The notes: generated by a model not told the origin, from the letters alone. Positions 27,470 through 37,514 are shown, counted from the first letter of the stretch. The stretch is 64,000 bases of DNA from Candidatus Eiseniibacteriota bacterium (GCA_041483195.1 JBGPFC010000001.1:164383-228382), one strand, 5' to 3'. Numbers and translations are program-made.

Positions 27470-28132
27470 ATGAAACGTTCGATCCCGCCGGCCCTGCTCG
27501 GCATGCTGGCGCTGCTCGCCGTCCACTCCCCCGCCATGGCGCAGACGCAGACCTTCAAGATCGATCCCGGACACTCGGAGGTCGGGTTCAGCGTGCGCCA
27601 CTTCTTCTCGCGCGTCCCCGGCCGTTTCAACACCTTCGAGGGCACGGTGCTGCTCGACGAGAAGAATCTCGCGGCCTCATCGGTCGATGTCACCATCCAG
27701 ACCGCGAGCATCTTCACGAACCAGGAGCGGCGCGACGGTCACCTGCGCAGCCCGGATTTCTTCTACGCCGACAGCTTCCCGACGCTGACGTTCAAGAGTA
27801 CGAAGGTCACGCCCGGAACGGAGGGCGCGCTCAAGATCGAAGGCAATCTCACCATGCGCGGGGTGACGAAGCCGGTCGTGCTCGACGGGCACTTCCTCGG
27901 CGCCGGCTCGCTCAGCATGGGCGGCCAATCGGCCGGCTACCGCGCGAGCTTCGACGCGACCACCAAGGTCAATCGGAAGGACTACGGCATCAGCTGGAAC
28001 AAGGTCCTGGATCAGGGCGGGACCATGCTGGGCGATGACGTGGCGATCACGATCGGAGTCGAGGCGGTTCGCGTGGAGTCCGAGAATCACGCGGCCGTCC
28101 CGGGAAGCGACTCGAAGCCAACGAAGAAATAA
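27470..28132 (+). CDS. YceI family polyisoprenoid-binding periplasmic protein
   Basis: Signal peptide; IDPGHSEVGFSVRH, RDGHLRSPDFF, GNLTMRGVTK and NRKDYG; AAGGAG RBS. Confidence 0.92.
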   Translation: MKRSIPPALLGMLALLAVHSPAMAQTQTFKIDPGHSEVGFSVRHFFSRVPGRFNTFEGTVLLDEKNLAASSVDVTIQTASIFTNQERRDGHLRSPDFFYADSFPTLTFKSTKVTPGTEGALKIEGNLTMRGVTKPVVLDGHFLGAGSLSMGGQSAGYRASFDATTKVNRKDYGISWNKVLDQGGTMLGDDVAITIGVEAVRVESENHAAVPGSDSKPTKK

Positions 28133-28212
28133 GGAACGCGGCGCGCCACGCGCCCATTCCGACCGGCTCCGCCTCGTCCCGAGGAGTCCCCGTCCGCGAG
28201 GTGGAGAAGCAT

Positions 28213-28246
28213 CCGGCCCCCCGGCAGCTGGTTGCCGGGGGGCCGG
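28213..28246. terminator. 14-bp perfect inverted repeat between convergent yceI and TPR genes (terminator-like or stabilising hairpin, no U-tract)
   Basis: CCGGCCCCCCGGCA-GCTGGT-TGCCGGGGGGCCGG. Confidence 0.5.
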
Positions 28247-28288
28247 CGTATGCGCCGCGGATCGGCGCGCGGCGGTCGCGACCGGGCG

Positions 28289-28918
28289 CTACTCTCCGCC
28301 GTGCGCGCCGCCCGTCGAATCCGCGCGCGGTGCCGGCGCGGCACCGCTCGAATCCGGGGCGGCCGGGTGGGCGGCCTCGTAGGCGAGGATCGCCGTGCGC
28401 AGGTCCTTCGCGTCGGCCGCGCCCGTCGCGCTGTGCTCGAGCCAGGCGAGCTGCTCGCGCGCCTTCTTCGGGTTCGCGAGCTCGAGATACGCCTCGCCGA
28501 GATACTCGTGGGCCGGCGCGTAATCGGGCTTCAGCGCGAGGCACTTGTCGTAGGCCGCGAGGGCGCGATCGTAGTCACGCAGCTTGCGCGCGGAGTATCC
28601 CACCAGGTTCCACGCCTCGTGGTACTTCGGATCGAGCTCGACGGCACGCTGGCCGCGATCGAGGGCGCGCCGCAATTTCTTCTCGGCGTTCTTGGTCTTG
28701 CCGTCCGCGAGGTCCTGCTTCGCCTTCGTCACGTCATCGTACGCGTCGGCGTACAGCCGTTCGGCTTCCTGCCTCGGGCCGGTGAGGCTCTGGGTCGATT
28801 CGGTGGGATTGGCCGGCGGCGGGGACTCCGGCTTTGAACCCCCGCCGAACGACGCGCCGGCCGGGGATGCGACGAGTGATGCGAACGCGACGACGGTGAT
28901 CAACGACGGTGCGCGCAT
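28289..28918 (-). CDS. Secreted tetratricopeptide-repeat protein
   Basis: Signal peptide; TPRs (EAWNLVGYSARKL..ALAAYDKCLALKPDY..AHEYLGEAY). Confidence 0.85.
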   Translation of the reverse strand: MRAPSLITVVAFASLVASPAGASFGGGSKPESPPPANPTESTQSLTGPRQEAERLYADAYDDVTKAKQDLADGKTKNAEKKLRRALDRGQRAVELDPKYHEAWNLVGYSARKLRDYDRALAAYDKCLALKPDYAPAHEYLGEAYLELANPKKAREQLAWLEHSATGAADAKDLRTAILAYEAAHPAAPDSSGAAPAPRADSTGGAHGGE

Positions 28919-29109
28919 GAGGGTCCCTCGAGGTCTGGGTGAAATGGATCGCGATTGTGCAGCGGACGCCGCGCGGACGCCAGCGCCCTGGGAGATGAGG
29001 CCTTCGATGCCTCTCGGCCGCGCCCGGGTGCATGCCGATTCGGCGGCAGCCCGGCCAACGTGCGGAATTCAGTGGACGCGCGGCGCCCCGCCGTTGTCTC
29101 CTCGACACC

Positions 29110-30156
29110 ATGCCCCGTCCCGCTCATGGCGATCAGGACATCGCGCGTGGAGGCCCGAAGCCTCGATGGACCGGGGCCCCGCTGCGAGCGCTCGCGATCG
29201 GCTGCGCGCTCCTCGGTGGCGCGGGCCCATGGCGGCCTCCGTGCGCCGGCGCGGGCACCGCCGCGGGACCGGCCGACATCGTCGAGGCGGAGCACGCCTT
29301 CTGCCGCGCCGCCGTCGCGCGGGGCACGCGCGCCGGGTTTCTCGAATACCTCGCCGAGGAAGCCGTGATCTTCCGCCCCGGCCCGGTGAACGGCCGCCAG
29401 TGGTATCTCAGACAGACGCCATCCCCCGGAGTGCTCAAGTGGGAGCCGGAACATTTCGAGGTCGCGCCCGGCGGCGATCTCGGATACACGACCGGGCCAT
29501 GGGAATTCTGGCCAGACAGCCTGTCTCGAGAGCCCAGCGCTTACGGCCACTACGTTTCGATCTGGCATCGCACGCCACAGGGCGCGTGGAAAGTGGTGAT
29601 GGACTTCGGCGTCTCGCACCCGAAACCGGAGCAGGCGGCCGCCGTCGCGCCGCCCGGCTCCGCCGCGCCCCGGACGGCGCGGGACAAGCGATCCCGGGGC
29701 GCGAAGGGCGGGCATGATGAGGCGGAAGCCGAATCCGAAGCGAGGCCCGGGGTCGCGTTCGGCAGAGGCGGGCAGGCGATCCTCGCCGGCGCAGAGCGCG
29801 CGTACGCGCGCGACTGCGCTCAGCACGGCCGCACTTCGTCATTTCGCGCGGTCGCCGATTCCGCGGTGCGGGTATTGCGCGCCGGGGCGCCGCCGATCGT
29901 GGGACGCGAGCTCGCGAACGCGTTGCTTCCCGACACCCTCAAGCTCGCGAGCTGGGAGTCGATCGGCAGCGCGGTGTCGCGGGACGGCGTGATCGGGTTC
30001 ACGTACGGGGTGGGCCGGTTCGCGCCGCGGGTGTGGACGGATTCGACGTCGGCCGACTCCGCGACCTATGCGCGCATCTGGCGCCGCGCGCAGAACCGCG
30101 CATGGAAGGTGATCCTCGACTACGCGGTCCCGCTGCGCCGCCCGCGATCGGGATGA
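29110..30156 (+). CDS. Secreted tandem NTF2-like/DUF4440 domain protein
   Basis: Two repeats of AE.AF...L.W.P...GDLGYTTG...YVSIW....G.WKVVMD; the start codon is uncertain. Confidence 0.75.
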   Translation: MPRPAHGDQDIARGGPKPRWTGAPLRALAIGCALLGGAGPWRPPCAGAGTAAGPADIVEAEHAFCRAAVARGTRAGFLEYLAEEAVIFRPGPVNGRQWYLRQTPSPGVLKWEPEHFEVAPGGDLGYTTGPWEFWPDSLSREPSAYGHYVSIWHRTPQGAWKVVMDFGVSHPKPEQAAAVAPPGSAAPRTARDKRSRGAKGGHDEAEAESEARPGVAFGRGGQAILAGAERAYARDCAQHGRTSSFRAVADSAVRVLRAGAPPIVGRELANALLPDTLKLASWESIGSAVSRDGVIGFTYGVGRFAPRVWTDSTSADSATYARIWRRAQNRAWKVILDYAVPLRRPRSG

Positions 30157-30169
30157 GCGGGCGATCCAC

Positions 30170-31783
30170 TCAGGGTGGCGGATTCCCCGCGCGCAGTCGC
30201 GAGAGATTTCCCGCCGGGTAGCGCGCGCCAGGGTCCGCCGCGAGCGCGCGCGTGTAGCAGTCCGCGGCACGGGCCGTGTCGCCCCGCATCCACCACACCG
30301 TCCCGAGATTGTTGAGCACCAGGGGATCGGAAGGCGCGAGACGCTCGGCCGTGCTCAGGACTCCCCACGCCTCGTCGAGCCGGTGCTGCTCGCCGTAGAG
30401 TCGGCCGAGATTCGTGAGCGCGTAGAGCGGCCGGGGCGCGCTCGCGATCGCCGCGTGGTAGGCCCGTTCGGCATCGGCGATCCGCCCCGCCGCCTCGAGC
30501 GCGAGCCCGAGATTGTTCTGCGCGCGGGCGTTGGCGGGCGAACGCGCGGCCGCGTCCGACCACAGCGACAGCTCGTCGCGCCACACGCGATTGCGCGCGT
30601 GGGTCGCGAGCGCGAGCGCGATCACCAGCGCGATCGTGGCCCCGGTGCGCCACCTCCGGTCCCGAACGCGCGTGAGCGATGAGGCCGCCGCCCACGACAG
30701 CCCGGCCAGCGGCAGGTAGGCGCGCTGCTCGTTCATGAGGTCGCGGATCGGAATCACGCTCGACTCTGGCAGGAGGGTCGCGATGAACCACGTCCATCCG
30801 ATCGTCGCGAGCGGTGCGCGGCGGCGGACGGCAAACGCGGCCACGCCGATCGCGAGCAGCAGCGCCGCGCCAGCGATCACCGGACCGTCCACGCGCGTGT
30901 GGAGCGCGGGGGCCGGATCGACGCTCTGCCCGGCCGGCCAGATCGCGAGCGCGAGGTAGCGCGGGATCACCGTGAGCTGGGTGAGCGCGTAGGCCGCGCG
31001 GCCGATGTCATCCGTCTCGCGCAGCCCGCCGTACACGCGCTGCTCGGGGCCGAGCGGCTGCTGCGCGCCCCACACCACCAGCGGCAACACCAGGAGGAAC
31101 GGCGCGAGCCGGAGCGCCGGGGCGCGGCCGGGAACGCGGGCGGCGCGCAATTGCCATTCGAGGACCGCCAGCGCGAGCGGCAGTGCGACCGCCATCTCCT
31201 TGGTGAAGGCCGCGAGCAACGCGAGCGCCCACGCGACCGGCCACCACCCGCCGCCTTCGTCGCGCCGCGCACGGAGGAACGCGGCGGTGGCGCCCAGCAT
31301 CCACACCGCGGCGAGCGAGGTGATGCGTTGCACGAGGTAGGTCACGGATTGCGTCGCGAGCGGATGCGCCGCGAACAACAAGGCGGCGACCAGACCCACC
31401 GCGGCGGGCGAACCGGTCGCGGTGCCGCGAGCCGAGGGGCCGGCAGGCATCGAGCGCGAGAGGTCGAACGCGATCCACCCCGCGAGCAGCGAGGCCAGCC
31501 CGTGAATCGCGAGATTGGTGAGGTGCAGCGCGACCAGCGAAGGGCCGGTCGAGAGGAGATTGAGCGAGAAGGACAGGTCCGCGACGAATCGCGACGGCCG
31601 GAACGCCCAGATCGCTCCGAGATCGAGCGGCGGCCGCAGCGCGAGGTTGTCGCGGATCCAGTCGAAGTCGTCGAAGTGGAATGGAAAGCGCAGCGTGTGC
31701 GCGTAGCCCACCGCGATCACGCCCGCGAGGAGTGCGATCGCACCCGCGACCCGCGAGGCTGGGAACAAAGCGCGCTCCGTCAT
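30170..31783 (-). CDS. TMTC-like GT-C membrane protein (putative protein O-mannosyltransferase) with TPRs
   Basis: Loop FHFDD, HPLATQSVTYLVQR, TKE, EQRAYLP, RNRVWRDELSLW, followed by TPR repeats. Confidence 0.75.
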   Translation of the reverse strand: MTERALFPASRVAGAIALLAGVIAVGYAHTLRFPFHFDDFDWIRDNLALRPPLDLGAIWAFRPSRFVADLSFSLNLLSTGPSLVALHLTNLAIHGLASLLAGWIAFDLSRSMPAGPSARGTATGSPAAVGLVAALLFAAHPLATQSVTYLVQRITSLAAVWMLGATAAFLRARRDEGGGWWPVAWALALLAAFTKEMAVALPLALAVLEWQLRAARVPGRAPALRLAPFLLVLPLVVWGAQQPLGPEQRVYGGLRETDDIGRAAYALTQLTVIPRYLALAIWPAGQSVDPAPALHTRVDGPVIAGAALLLAIGVAAFAVRRRAPLATIGWTWFIATLLPESSVIPIRDLMNEQRAYLPLAGLSWAAASSLTRVRDRRWRTGATIALVIALALATHARNRVWRDELSLWSDAAARSPANARAQNNLGLALEAAGRIADAERAYHAAIASAPRPLYALTNLGRLYGEQHRLDEAWGVLSTAERLAPSDPLVLNNLGTVWWMRGDTARAADCYTRALAADPGARYPAGNLSRLRAGNPPP

Positions 31784-31817
31784 GCGTCGCGTGGGGACCG
31801 CGGGCCGCGCGCGCCCG

Positions 31818-33872
31818 CTAGACTCCGAACAGCTCCGCTTCCCAGACCAGCCCGAGCTCGCCCGGCGGGGCCATGTAACCGAGCAGCGCAGAGGCCGCGA
31901 CCACCGCCGGGCTCGCGAGGTAGCCCTCGCCGCCGACGCCCATGCGGTTCGTCCAGTTGCGGTTGAACGACGTGATCGCGCGCTGTCCGCGCGCGAGCGC
32001 GTCCGGCCCCTGGCCGAAGCACGGTCCGCACCACGACTCCCGAATCTGCCCGCCCGCCGCGCGGAACACGTCGGCGATCGAGCGCCCGTCGAGACGCGGG
32101 TCGGGACGCTCGATCTGGCGTTTCACCCCGCCCGATCCCGGGAAGATCACGAATTCCTTCGCGACCCGCGTGAATCCCTGCGCGCGCGCGGCATCGATCA
32201 CGAGTGCGGCCTGGAGCAGGTCGTCGTAGCTCCCGTTGGTGCACGATCCGATCATCGCCTTGTCGAAGCCGAGGCGTTCCCTGGCCACCTCGTCGGCCGG
32301 AAACGCGTTGCCGGGGCTGAACGGCTTCGCGATCATCGGCGCGACGTTCGCGAGATCGAGTGTCTCGTCCAGCGCGTACGTCGCGTCCGCCCCCGGCGCG
32401 ACGCGCGGATAGGGCAGCTCGCCCATCCCCTTTTCGCGGTACCAGGCCTCGGTGACCGCGTCGGCCGCGAAGATGCCGTTCTGCGCCTCGCCCTCTGCCA
32501 TCATATTGGCGATCGTGTTGCGGTACGCGATCGGCAGCTGCAGGTCGCGATCCACGAACTCGACCGACATCCCCTGCGACTGCTTCGCCCCCCAGCGGCG
32601 CAGCAGCGAGAGCACGATGTCCTTGCCGCTCGCCCAGGGCTGGAGCTTCCCGGCGAACACGACGCGCCGCTGCTGGGCCAGCGTGAAGTAGACGTAGCCG
32701 GTGGCCCAGCCGAAGCCGAGCGTGGTCGAGCCGACACCCATGCCGACCGCGCCGTAGGCGCCGTAGGCGCGGCTGTGCGAGTCGGCCCCCGGAATGAACT
32801 GGCCGGGATAGACCAGCCCCTGCTCCGGGAAGTAGAAGTGGAAGATGCCGTCCCCCGGCGTCGCGTAGTATGGCTTCTTCAGACCGTGCAGCTCCGCGAA
32901 GGCGCGGCCGATGGCGGTCTGACGCTCATCCGCGTCCTTCCCGGTGAACACGAAGTGATCGTTCGCCACCGCGATCTGGCGCGGGGCGATCGCGCCGCCC
33001 GAGATCTGGTTGAAGGTGTGAATCGCGAAGGGCGCGGTGCCGTCCGAGGCCGGCAGCAGGTCGGCATACACGCGGAGCGTGGCGTGCGGGCGCACCTCCG
33101 CGTTCCGGTCCACGCGATGCGCCCACACGATCTGCTCGGTCGTGGTCATGCGCCGCGCGGTGTCGGGATCGGGCCACACGATCCGCGGTTCCCGCTCGAC
33201 CGCGGCGCGGAAATCGCGCCGCCCGATCGCGATGATCCCGCCCGAGCGGCGGATCTCGTCTTCCTTGGGCGTGAGCGCGACCGTCTCGTAGGTGCGGCCC
33301 CGGGTCTCGTTCACGAGCCGCCGCGAGACCGGATCGAACGCAAGCGCGTCGCCGTCCTGCGCGTCGGCCACTGCCTCGGGACTCTGCACGACGTGGAGCC
33401 CGAGATTGAGCGCGTTGCGCCGGAAGATGTCGCCCATGTTCGCGCCGCACACGATCACCATCTCGAGCCCGGCTTCATCGGCGACCCCCTTGAGGCCGGC
33501 GGGGCTCATCTCGCGCGAGGAGCCGATCGCGAACCGGTCGCCCGCGATCAGGAAGGTCTCGCCTCCATGAACGCGCGCGCGAAAATCCGGCATGAGGTAG
33601 CGGAACGAGCCCGCCTTCCAGCGCTCGTCGAGCGTCTCGAGGCTCTCCGACACGCAGTCCGCCGCCGGCGTGATCTGATCGGTGTCGATGGCGTCGAGCT
33701 TCCGGCCCGGCACCTTCGGGTCCCAGAAGACGAGCGCCCTGCCGCGAACCCGGAACGCGGGAGCGCCGCCATCCGAAGCCGCGGGCGCCGCCGCGGCGTC
33801 TTGAACGCCGGCGCCGGGAACGGACTCGAGCGTAACCCCCGGCCGCAGCCGGGCCCCTTGAATGCCGTGCAT
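31818..33872 (-). CDS. Aconitase-family [4Fe-4S] hydro-lyase: N-terminal LeuD-like swivel domain fused to a LeuC-like catalytic domain
   Basis: Swivel: IDTDQITP, GSSRE, IFRRNALNLGL. Catalytic: NDH, GIFH, ADSHS, GKD, NM, IGSCTNG, CGPC, NRN..RMG and LASP. Confidence 0.85.
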   Translation of the reverse strand: MHGIQGARLRPGVTLESVPGAGVQDAAAAPAASDGGAPAFRVRGRALVFWDPKVPGRKLDAIDTDQITPAADCVSESLETLDERWKAGSFRYLMPDFRARVHGGETFLIAGDRFAIGSSREMSPAGLKGVADEAGLEMVIVCGANMGDIFRRNALNLGLHVVQSPEAVADAQDGDALAFDPVSRRLVNETRGRTYETVALTPKEDEIRRSGGIIAIGRRDFRAAVEREPRIVWPDPDTARRMTTTEQIVWAHRVDRNAEVRPHATLRVYADLLPASDGTAPFAIHTFNQISGGAIAPRQIAVANDHFVFTGKDADERQTAIGRAFAELHGLKKPYYATPGDGIFHFYFPEQGLVYPGQFIPGADSHSRAYGAYGAVGMGVGSTTLGFGWATGYVYFTLAQQRRVVFAGKLQPWASGKDIVLSLLRRWGAKQSQGMSVEFVDRDLQLPIAYRNTIANMMAEGEAQNGIFAADAVTEAWYREKGMGELPYPRVAPGADATYALDETLDLANVAPMIAKPFSPGNAFPADEVARERLGFDKAMIGSCTNGSYDDLLQAALVIDAARAQGFTRVAKEFVIFPGSGGVKRQIERPDPRLDGRSIADVFRAAGGQIRESWCGPCFGQGPDALARGQRAITSFNRNWTNRMGVGGEGYLASPAVVAASALLGYMAPPGELGLVWEAELFGV

Positions 33873-34088
33873 GGGTGGCGAGTTCTCCTCGCGCGCGGGT
33901 GGAATGCGGCACGCGACGATGATCCGCCAACGTTATCGTCAGCGTCGCCGCGGCGCAACCGGCGGGCGCAACCGGCCGGGCCTCGGCCCGGGCCTCCGCG
34001 ATCCACGTGTACCGTTAGGCCCCGAGGCCGCATCTAACCGCCGCTTCGTCTGGCGCACCCGGCGGTTAACCCCGAGGAAACGCGGCAT

Positions 34089-35132
34089 ATGGCCCGTGCA
34101 ATCGACTTCACCTCGTTCGCGGGACTCCCCCGCGACGCGTCCGGCGATCCCCCCGCTCCGCAGCCCGGAGACGAAGGGTTGCTGGATGCCTACTCCCGCG
34201 CCGTCATCGGGGCCGTCGAAGCGGTCGCCCCCTCCGTCGTCAACATCGAGGTGCACCCCTCGGGCAGGGCCTCAGGGACCGCGAAACGAAAGGCGCGGGG
34301 CGGGAGCGGATCCGGGTTCCTGTTCACGCCCGACGGGCTGATCCTCACCAACAGCCACGTGGTGCACCAGGCCGAGAGCATCGAGGTCACGCTGCAGGAC
34401 GGCCGTCACCTCCTCGCGACGCCCGTTGGCGATGATCCCGACACCGATCTCGCGGTGATCCGCGTTCATGGCGACGACCTCAAGCCCGCGGGGCTCGGCG
34501 ATTCCGCCGCGTTGCGCGCGGGTCAGATCGTCATCGCGATCGGCAATCCGCTCGGATTCCAGGCGACGGTCACCGCCGGGGTGGTGAGCGCACTGGGCCG
34601 GGCGTTGCGATCGCGCACCGGCAGGCTGATGGACAACATCATCCAGACCGATGCCGCCCTCAATCCCGGCAACTCCGGAGGGCCGCTGGTGGACACGCGG
34701 GGCGAGGTGGTGGGCGTCAACACGGCCGTGATTCTCCCGGCTCAGGGACTGTGCTTCGCCATTCCATCGAACACGGCGCGCTGGGTCGCGGGGCGACTCA
34801 TCCAGCACGGGCGCATTCGGCGCGGATATCTGGGACTCGGCGGCCAGACCGCGCGACTCCAGCGCCGCCTGGTGCTGGAGCTGAAGCTGCCGGCCGAGGC
34901 CGGCGTGCTGGTGCTGCACGTCGATCGCGACAGCCCCGCGCAACGCGGCGGCATCGCGGAAGGCGACATCATCGTCCGCCTCGCGGACCAGCCGGTGCCG
35001 GGCGTCGACGACCTGCAGCGGCTGCTCACCGAGGAGGTCATCGGCCGGCCCACGCCGCTCACGGTGCTGCGCCAGGGCCGGCCGTGGGAACTGGTCGTCG
35101 AGCCCGCGGAATCGCGCTCCGCGCAGCGATGA
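34089..35132 (+). CDS. HtrA/DegS-like trypsin serine protease with PDZ domain
   Basis: GSGSGF, TNSHVV, TDLAVI, IQTDAALNPGNSGGPL and a C-terminal PDZ domain. Confidence 0.92.
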   Translation: MARAIDFTSFAGLPRDASGDPPAPQPGDEGLLDAYSRAVIGAVEAVAPSVVNIEVHPSGRASGTAKRKARGGSGSGFLFTPDGLILTNSHVVHQAESIEVTLQDGRHLLATPVGDDPDTDLAVIRVHGDDLKPAGLGDSAALRAGQIVIAIGNPLGFQATVTAGVVSALGRALRSRTGRLMDNIIQTDAALNPGNSGGPLVDTRGEVVGVNTAVILPAQGLCFAIPSNTARWVAGRLIQHGRIRRGYLGLGGQTARLQRRLVLELKLPAEAGVLVLHVDRDSPAQRGGIAEGDIIVRLADQPVPGVDDLQRLLTEEVIGRPTPLTVLRQGRPWELVVEPAESRSAQR

Positions 35133-35186
35133 GCGATCCGGCGTCGAGCCGCGCGGGAGACGGGGGTGCGGCGGGCGCCCGGGAGC

Positions 35187-35555
35187 CTACTTCACCCCCG
35201 CCATCTGCATTCCCTTGAAAAGCGTCATGACGTGCACCCGCATCGCGGAATCCTGCACGGCCGTCGCCAGCACCATGTCGAGCGCGTTCGGGTTGTGCGC
35301 CACCACGGCGAGAATCTGTCGCGCGGATTCGTCGTTCGCGAGCACCTTGCCCAGCACCATGTGACGGGTGTCGCCGGCCAGCAGCCGATCCACGACTTTG
35401 CCAGCGAGGGCTTCGTTCCCGGCGATCGCGTCCATCACCTTCGTCTGAGTCGCGGGATCCGCCACCACCTGCTTGCCGATGTCAACGGCGCATCCCGCCA
35501 CCAGCGCCACCGCCACCCCGGCCGCCCCCAGCCCTCGCGCCCACGATGATCTCAT
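35187..35555 (-). CDS. Hypothetical lipoprotein
   Basis: ATG 35555 after GGAGG; lipobox VAGC; helical repeat-like body. Confidence 0.65.
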   Translation of the reverse strand: MRSSWARGLGAAGVAVALVAGCAVDIGKQVVADPATQTKVMDAIAGNEALAGKVVDRLLAGDTRHMVLGKVLANDESARQILAVVAHNPNALDMVLATAVQDSAMRVHVMTLFKGMQMAGVK

Positions 35556-35610
35556 CTCGCCCTCCCATGGTAATGGCCGGGCGAAACCCTCAAGCCTCGC
35601 CCGGTGTCGC

Positions 35611-37017
35611 TCACGCCGCCGGCGGACGCCGGAGGTGCCAGTCGGTCTGCTTCTGGTAGGTCTTGCCCAGCTCGACGAGATCGCGCTCCGAAAACGCGGG
35701 GCCCAGCAGCGAGAGCGAGGTCGGCAGTCCGTTGTCGCCGAACCCGTTCGGCATGCAGAGCGCGGGCAATCCGCACAGATTCCCGGACGCGATGATGGGC
35801 GGACCGCCGCTGATGTCGGGATACACGTCCTCGAATTTCTGATCGGCCGGATACGAGACGCTCGCCCGGGTCGGCGCCACGATCGCATCGCATCCCTCGA
35901 ACAACTTGGCGAGCGCCCGCTTCATCGGACGCCGCAGCCGCATCGCGTGCAGGTAGTCGACCGCGGGGATCAGCGTTCCCGCGTAGCCGCCCGCGCGGCC
36001 CTTCGTACACGTGAGCTCGCCCACCCGGCCCGATTCGATCAGCTCCAGGAAGGCGCTCGCGCCCTCGGCGCCCACGATCGTGGAGACGGCCGGGCCCCAT
36101 GGCAGATCGGGCCACTCGATGCCGGTCGTGATATCGGCGCTCGCGCGCAGCACGTCGAGCGATCGCTCGAAATTCTCGCGCACCGCGGGCTGCACCTTCT
36201 CGACGACGCCCTTGGGCACCGCGAGCCGCGGGCGCTTCACGCTCGCGGGGCGCTCGGCGTACTCGAACTTCTGGCGAACGCTGCTCTCGTCCCGCGGGTC
36301 GCGGCCCGAGATCGCGGCGAGCACCAGCGCGCAATCGTCGGCGCTCCTCCCCATCGGCCCGAGCTTGTCGAGCGTCCAGCACAGCGCCATCGCGCCGTAT
36401 CGGCTCACCTGGCCGTAGGTGGGCCGCAGGCCCGTGACCCCGCAGAACGCGGAGGGCGTGAGGATCGAGCCGGAAGTTTCGGATCCGATCGCGAACGGCA
36501 CCAGTCCGGCGGCGACCGCGGCGCCGGGCCCGCTCGATGAGCCGCCGCTCCAGAACGCGGTATTCCAGGGCGTGAGCCCCGGGCCGGTGAACGAGGCGTC
36601 CGCGTGGTTGTAACCCATGCCCCCGGCCAGCTCCACCATCGCGAGCTTCGCGCACAGCACCGCGCCCTTCTCGCGGAGCCGCTCGATCACGGTGGCGTCG
36701 TAGTCGAACACCTGGTCCTTGTACGGCGCCGCGCCCCACGTGGTGGGCACGCCGCGCGTCGCGATCAGGTCCTTCACGCCGTACGGGATGCCGTGGAGCA
36801 GGCCGCGCGAGTGCCCGCCCGCGATCTCGCGCTCTGCGCCGCGCGCTTCGAATAGCGCGGAGTCGCGCATCACGCGCGCCACCGCGTTGTAGCGCGGTCC
36901 GATGCGCTCGAGGCGATCGAGGCAGCCCTCGGTCAACGCGACCGGCGAGAGCTTGCGCTGACGAATGCGGGTCGCGAGTTCGCGCAGGGGCAGGAAGAAG
37001 ACGGAGTCGTCGAGCAT
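35611..37017 (-). CDS. Amidase-signature family enzyme
   Basis: HGIPYGVKD, GGSSSG, GSETSGSI and GLRPTYG; no signal peptide. Confidence 0.92.
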   Translation of the reverse strand: MLDDSVFFLPLRELATRIRQRKLSPVALTEGCLDRLERIGPRYNAVARVMRDSALFEARGAEREIAGGHSRGLLHGIPYGVKDLIATRGVPTTWGAAPYKDQVFDYDATVIERLREKGAVLCAKLAMVELAGGMGYNHADASFTGPGLTPWNTAFWSGGSSSGPGAAVAAGLVPFAIGSETSGSILTPSAFCGVTGLRPTYGQVSRYGAMALCWTLDKLGPMGRSADDCALVLAAISGRDPRDESSVRQKFEYAERPASVKRPRLAVPKGVVEKVQPAVRENFERSLDVLRASADITTGIEWPDLPWGPAVSTIVGAEGASAFLELIESGRVGELTCTKGRAGGYAGTLIPAVDYLHAMRLRRPMKRALAKLFEGCDAIVAPTRASVSYPADQKFEDVYPDISGGPPIIASGNLCGLPALCMPNGFGDNGLPTSLSLLGPAFSERDLVELGKTYQKQTDWHLRRPPAA

Positions 37018-37024
37018 GTCGGCC

Positions 37025-37417
37025 TCAGGCCTTGAACGTGGAGTCGGGTTCGTCGGCGTTCGCGAGCTTCTGGTCGCGCATGCGCCGTCCGCCGCGGATC
37101 CCGCCGTCGAGGTCGCGCGTCACCGCCTCGAGCTGGTCGGGGGTGAGATGCTTGCCGTAGCGCCGCTGGATGATCGCGGCGAGCGAGCGGGCGTCCTCGG
37201 AGATCTCGGGGGGCTTCGCGGCGGCGGCCTTCGCGCTGTCTGCGGGCGCGGCCCCGGCGGGCGGCGCCGGCGTGCTCGAAGGCGGGGCGCCGCCCGACGC
37301 GGGCTTCGATTGCGCGAGCGCGAGCGCCGGAAGGCCGAGCGAGGAGATGCCCGCGATCCCGGCGAGCTTCAGGAAGCGGCGGCGATCGAAATCGTGCGGC
37401 TCGAACGAGCTGGACAT
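37025..37417 (-). CDS. Small twin-arginine signal protein, GatC/AtzG-like amidase partner
   Basis: DRRRFLK Tat motif, ALA-Q cleavage site, Pro/Ala linker and C-terminal N.DEP..F; 7 nt upstream of the amidase. Confidence 0.65.
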   Translation of the reverse strand: MSSSFEPHDFDRRRFLKLAGIAGISSLGLPALALAQSKPASGGAPPSSTPAPPAGAAPADSAKAAAAKPPEISEDARSLAAIIQRRYGKHLTPDQLEAVTRDLDGGIRGGRRMRDQKLANADEPDSTFKA

Positions 37418-37514
37418 GCGAACCTCCGGCCGAAGGTGCGATGTGGTTTCACGGCGTGCGCAGATTACGCCGTCGCGGCGCGCGCGGCAACGCCGGCGAG
37501 GCCGCCGCGCGTGA

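Noticed and set aside
35611..37417. gatCA of the tRNA-dependent amidotransferase
   Set aside because: No gatB follows, and the small subunit carries a Tat signal, which does not fit a cytoplasmic translation role.
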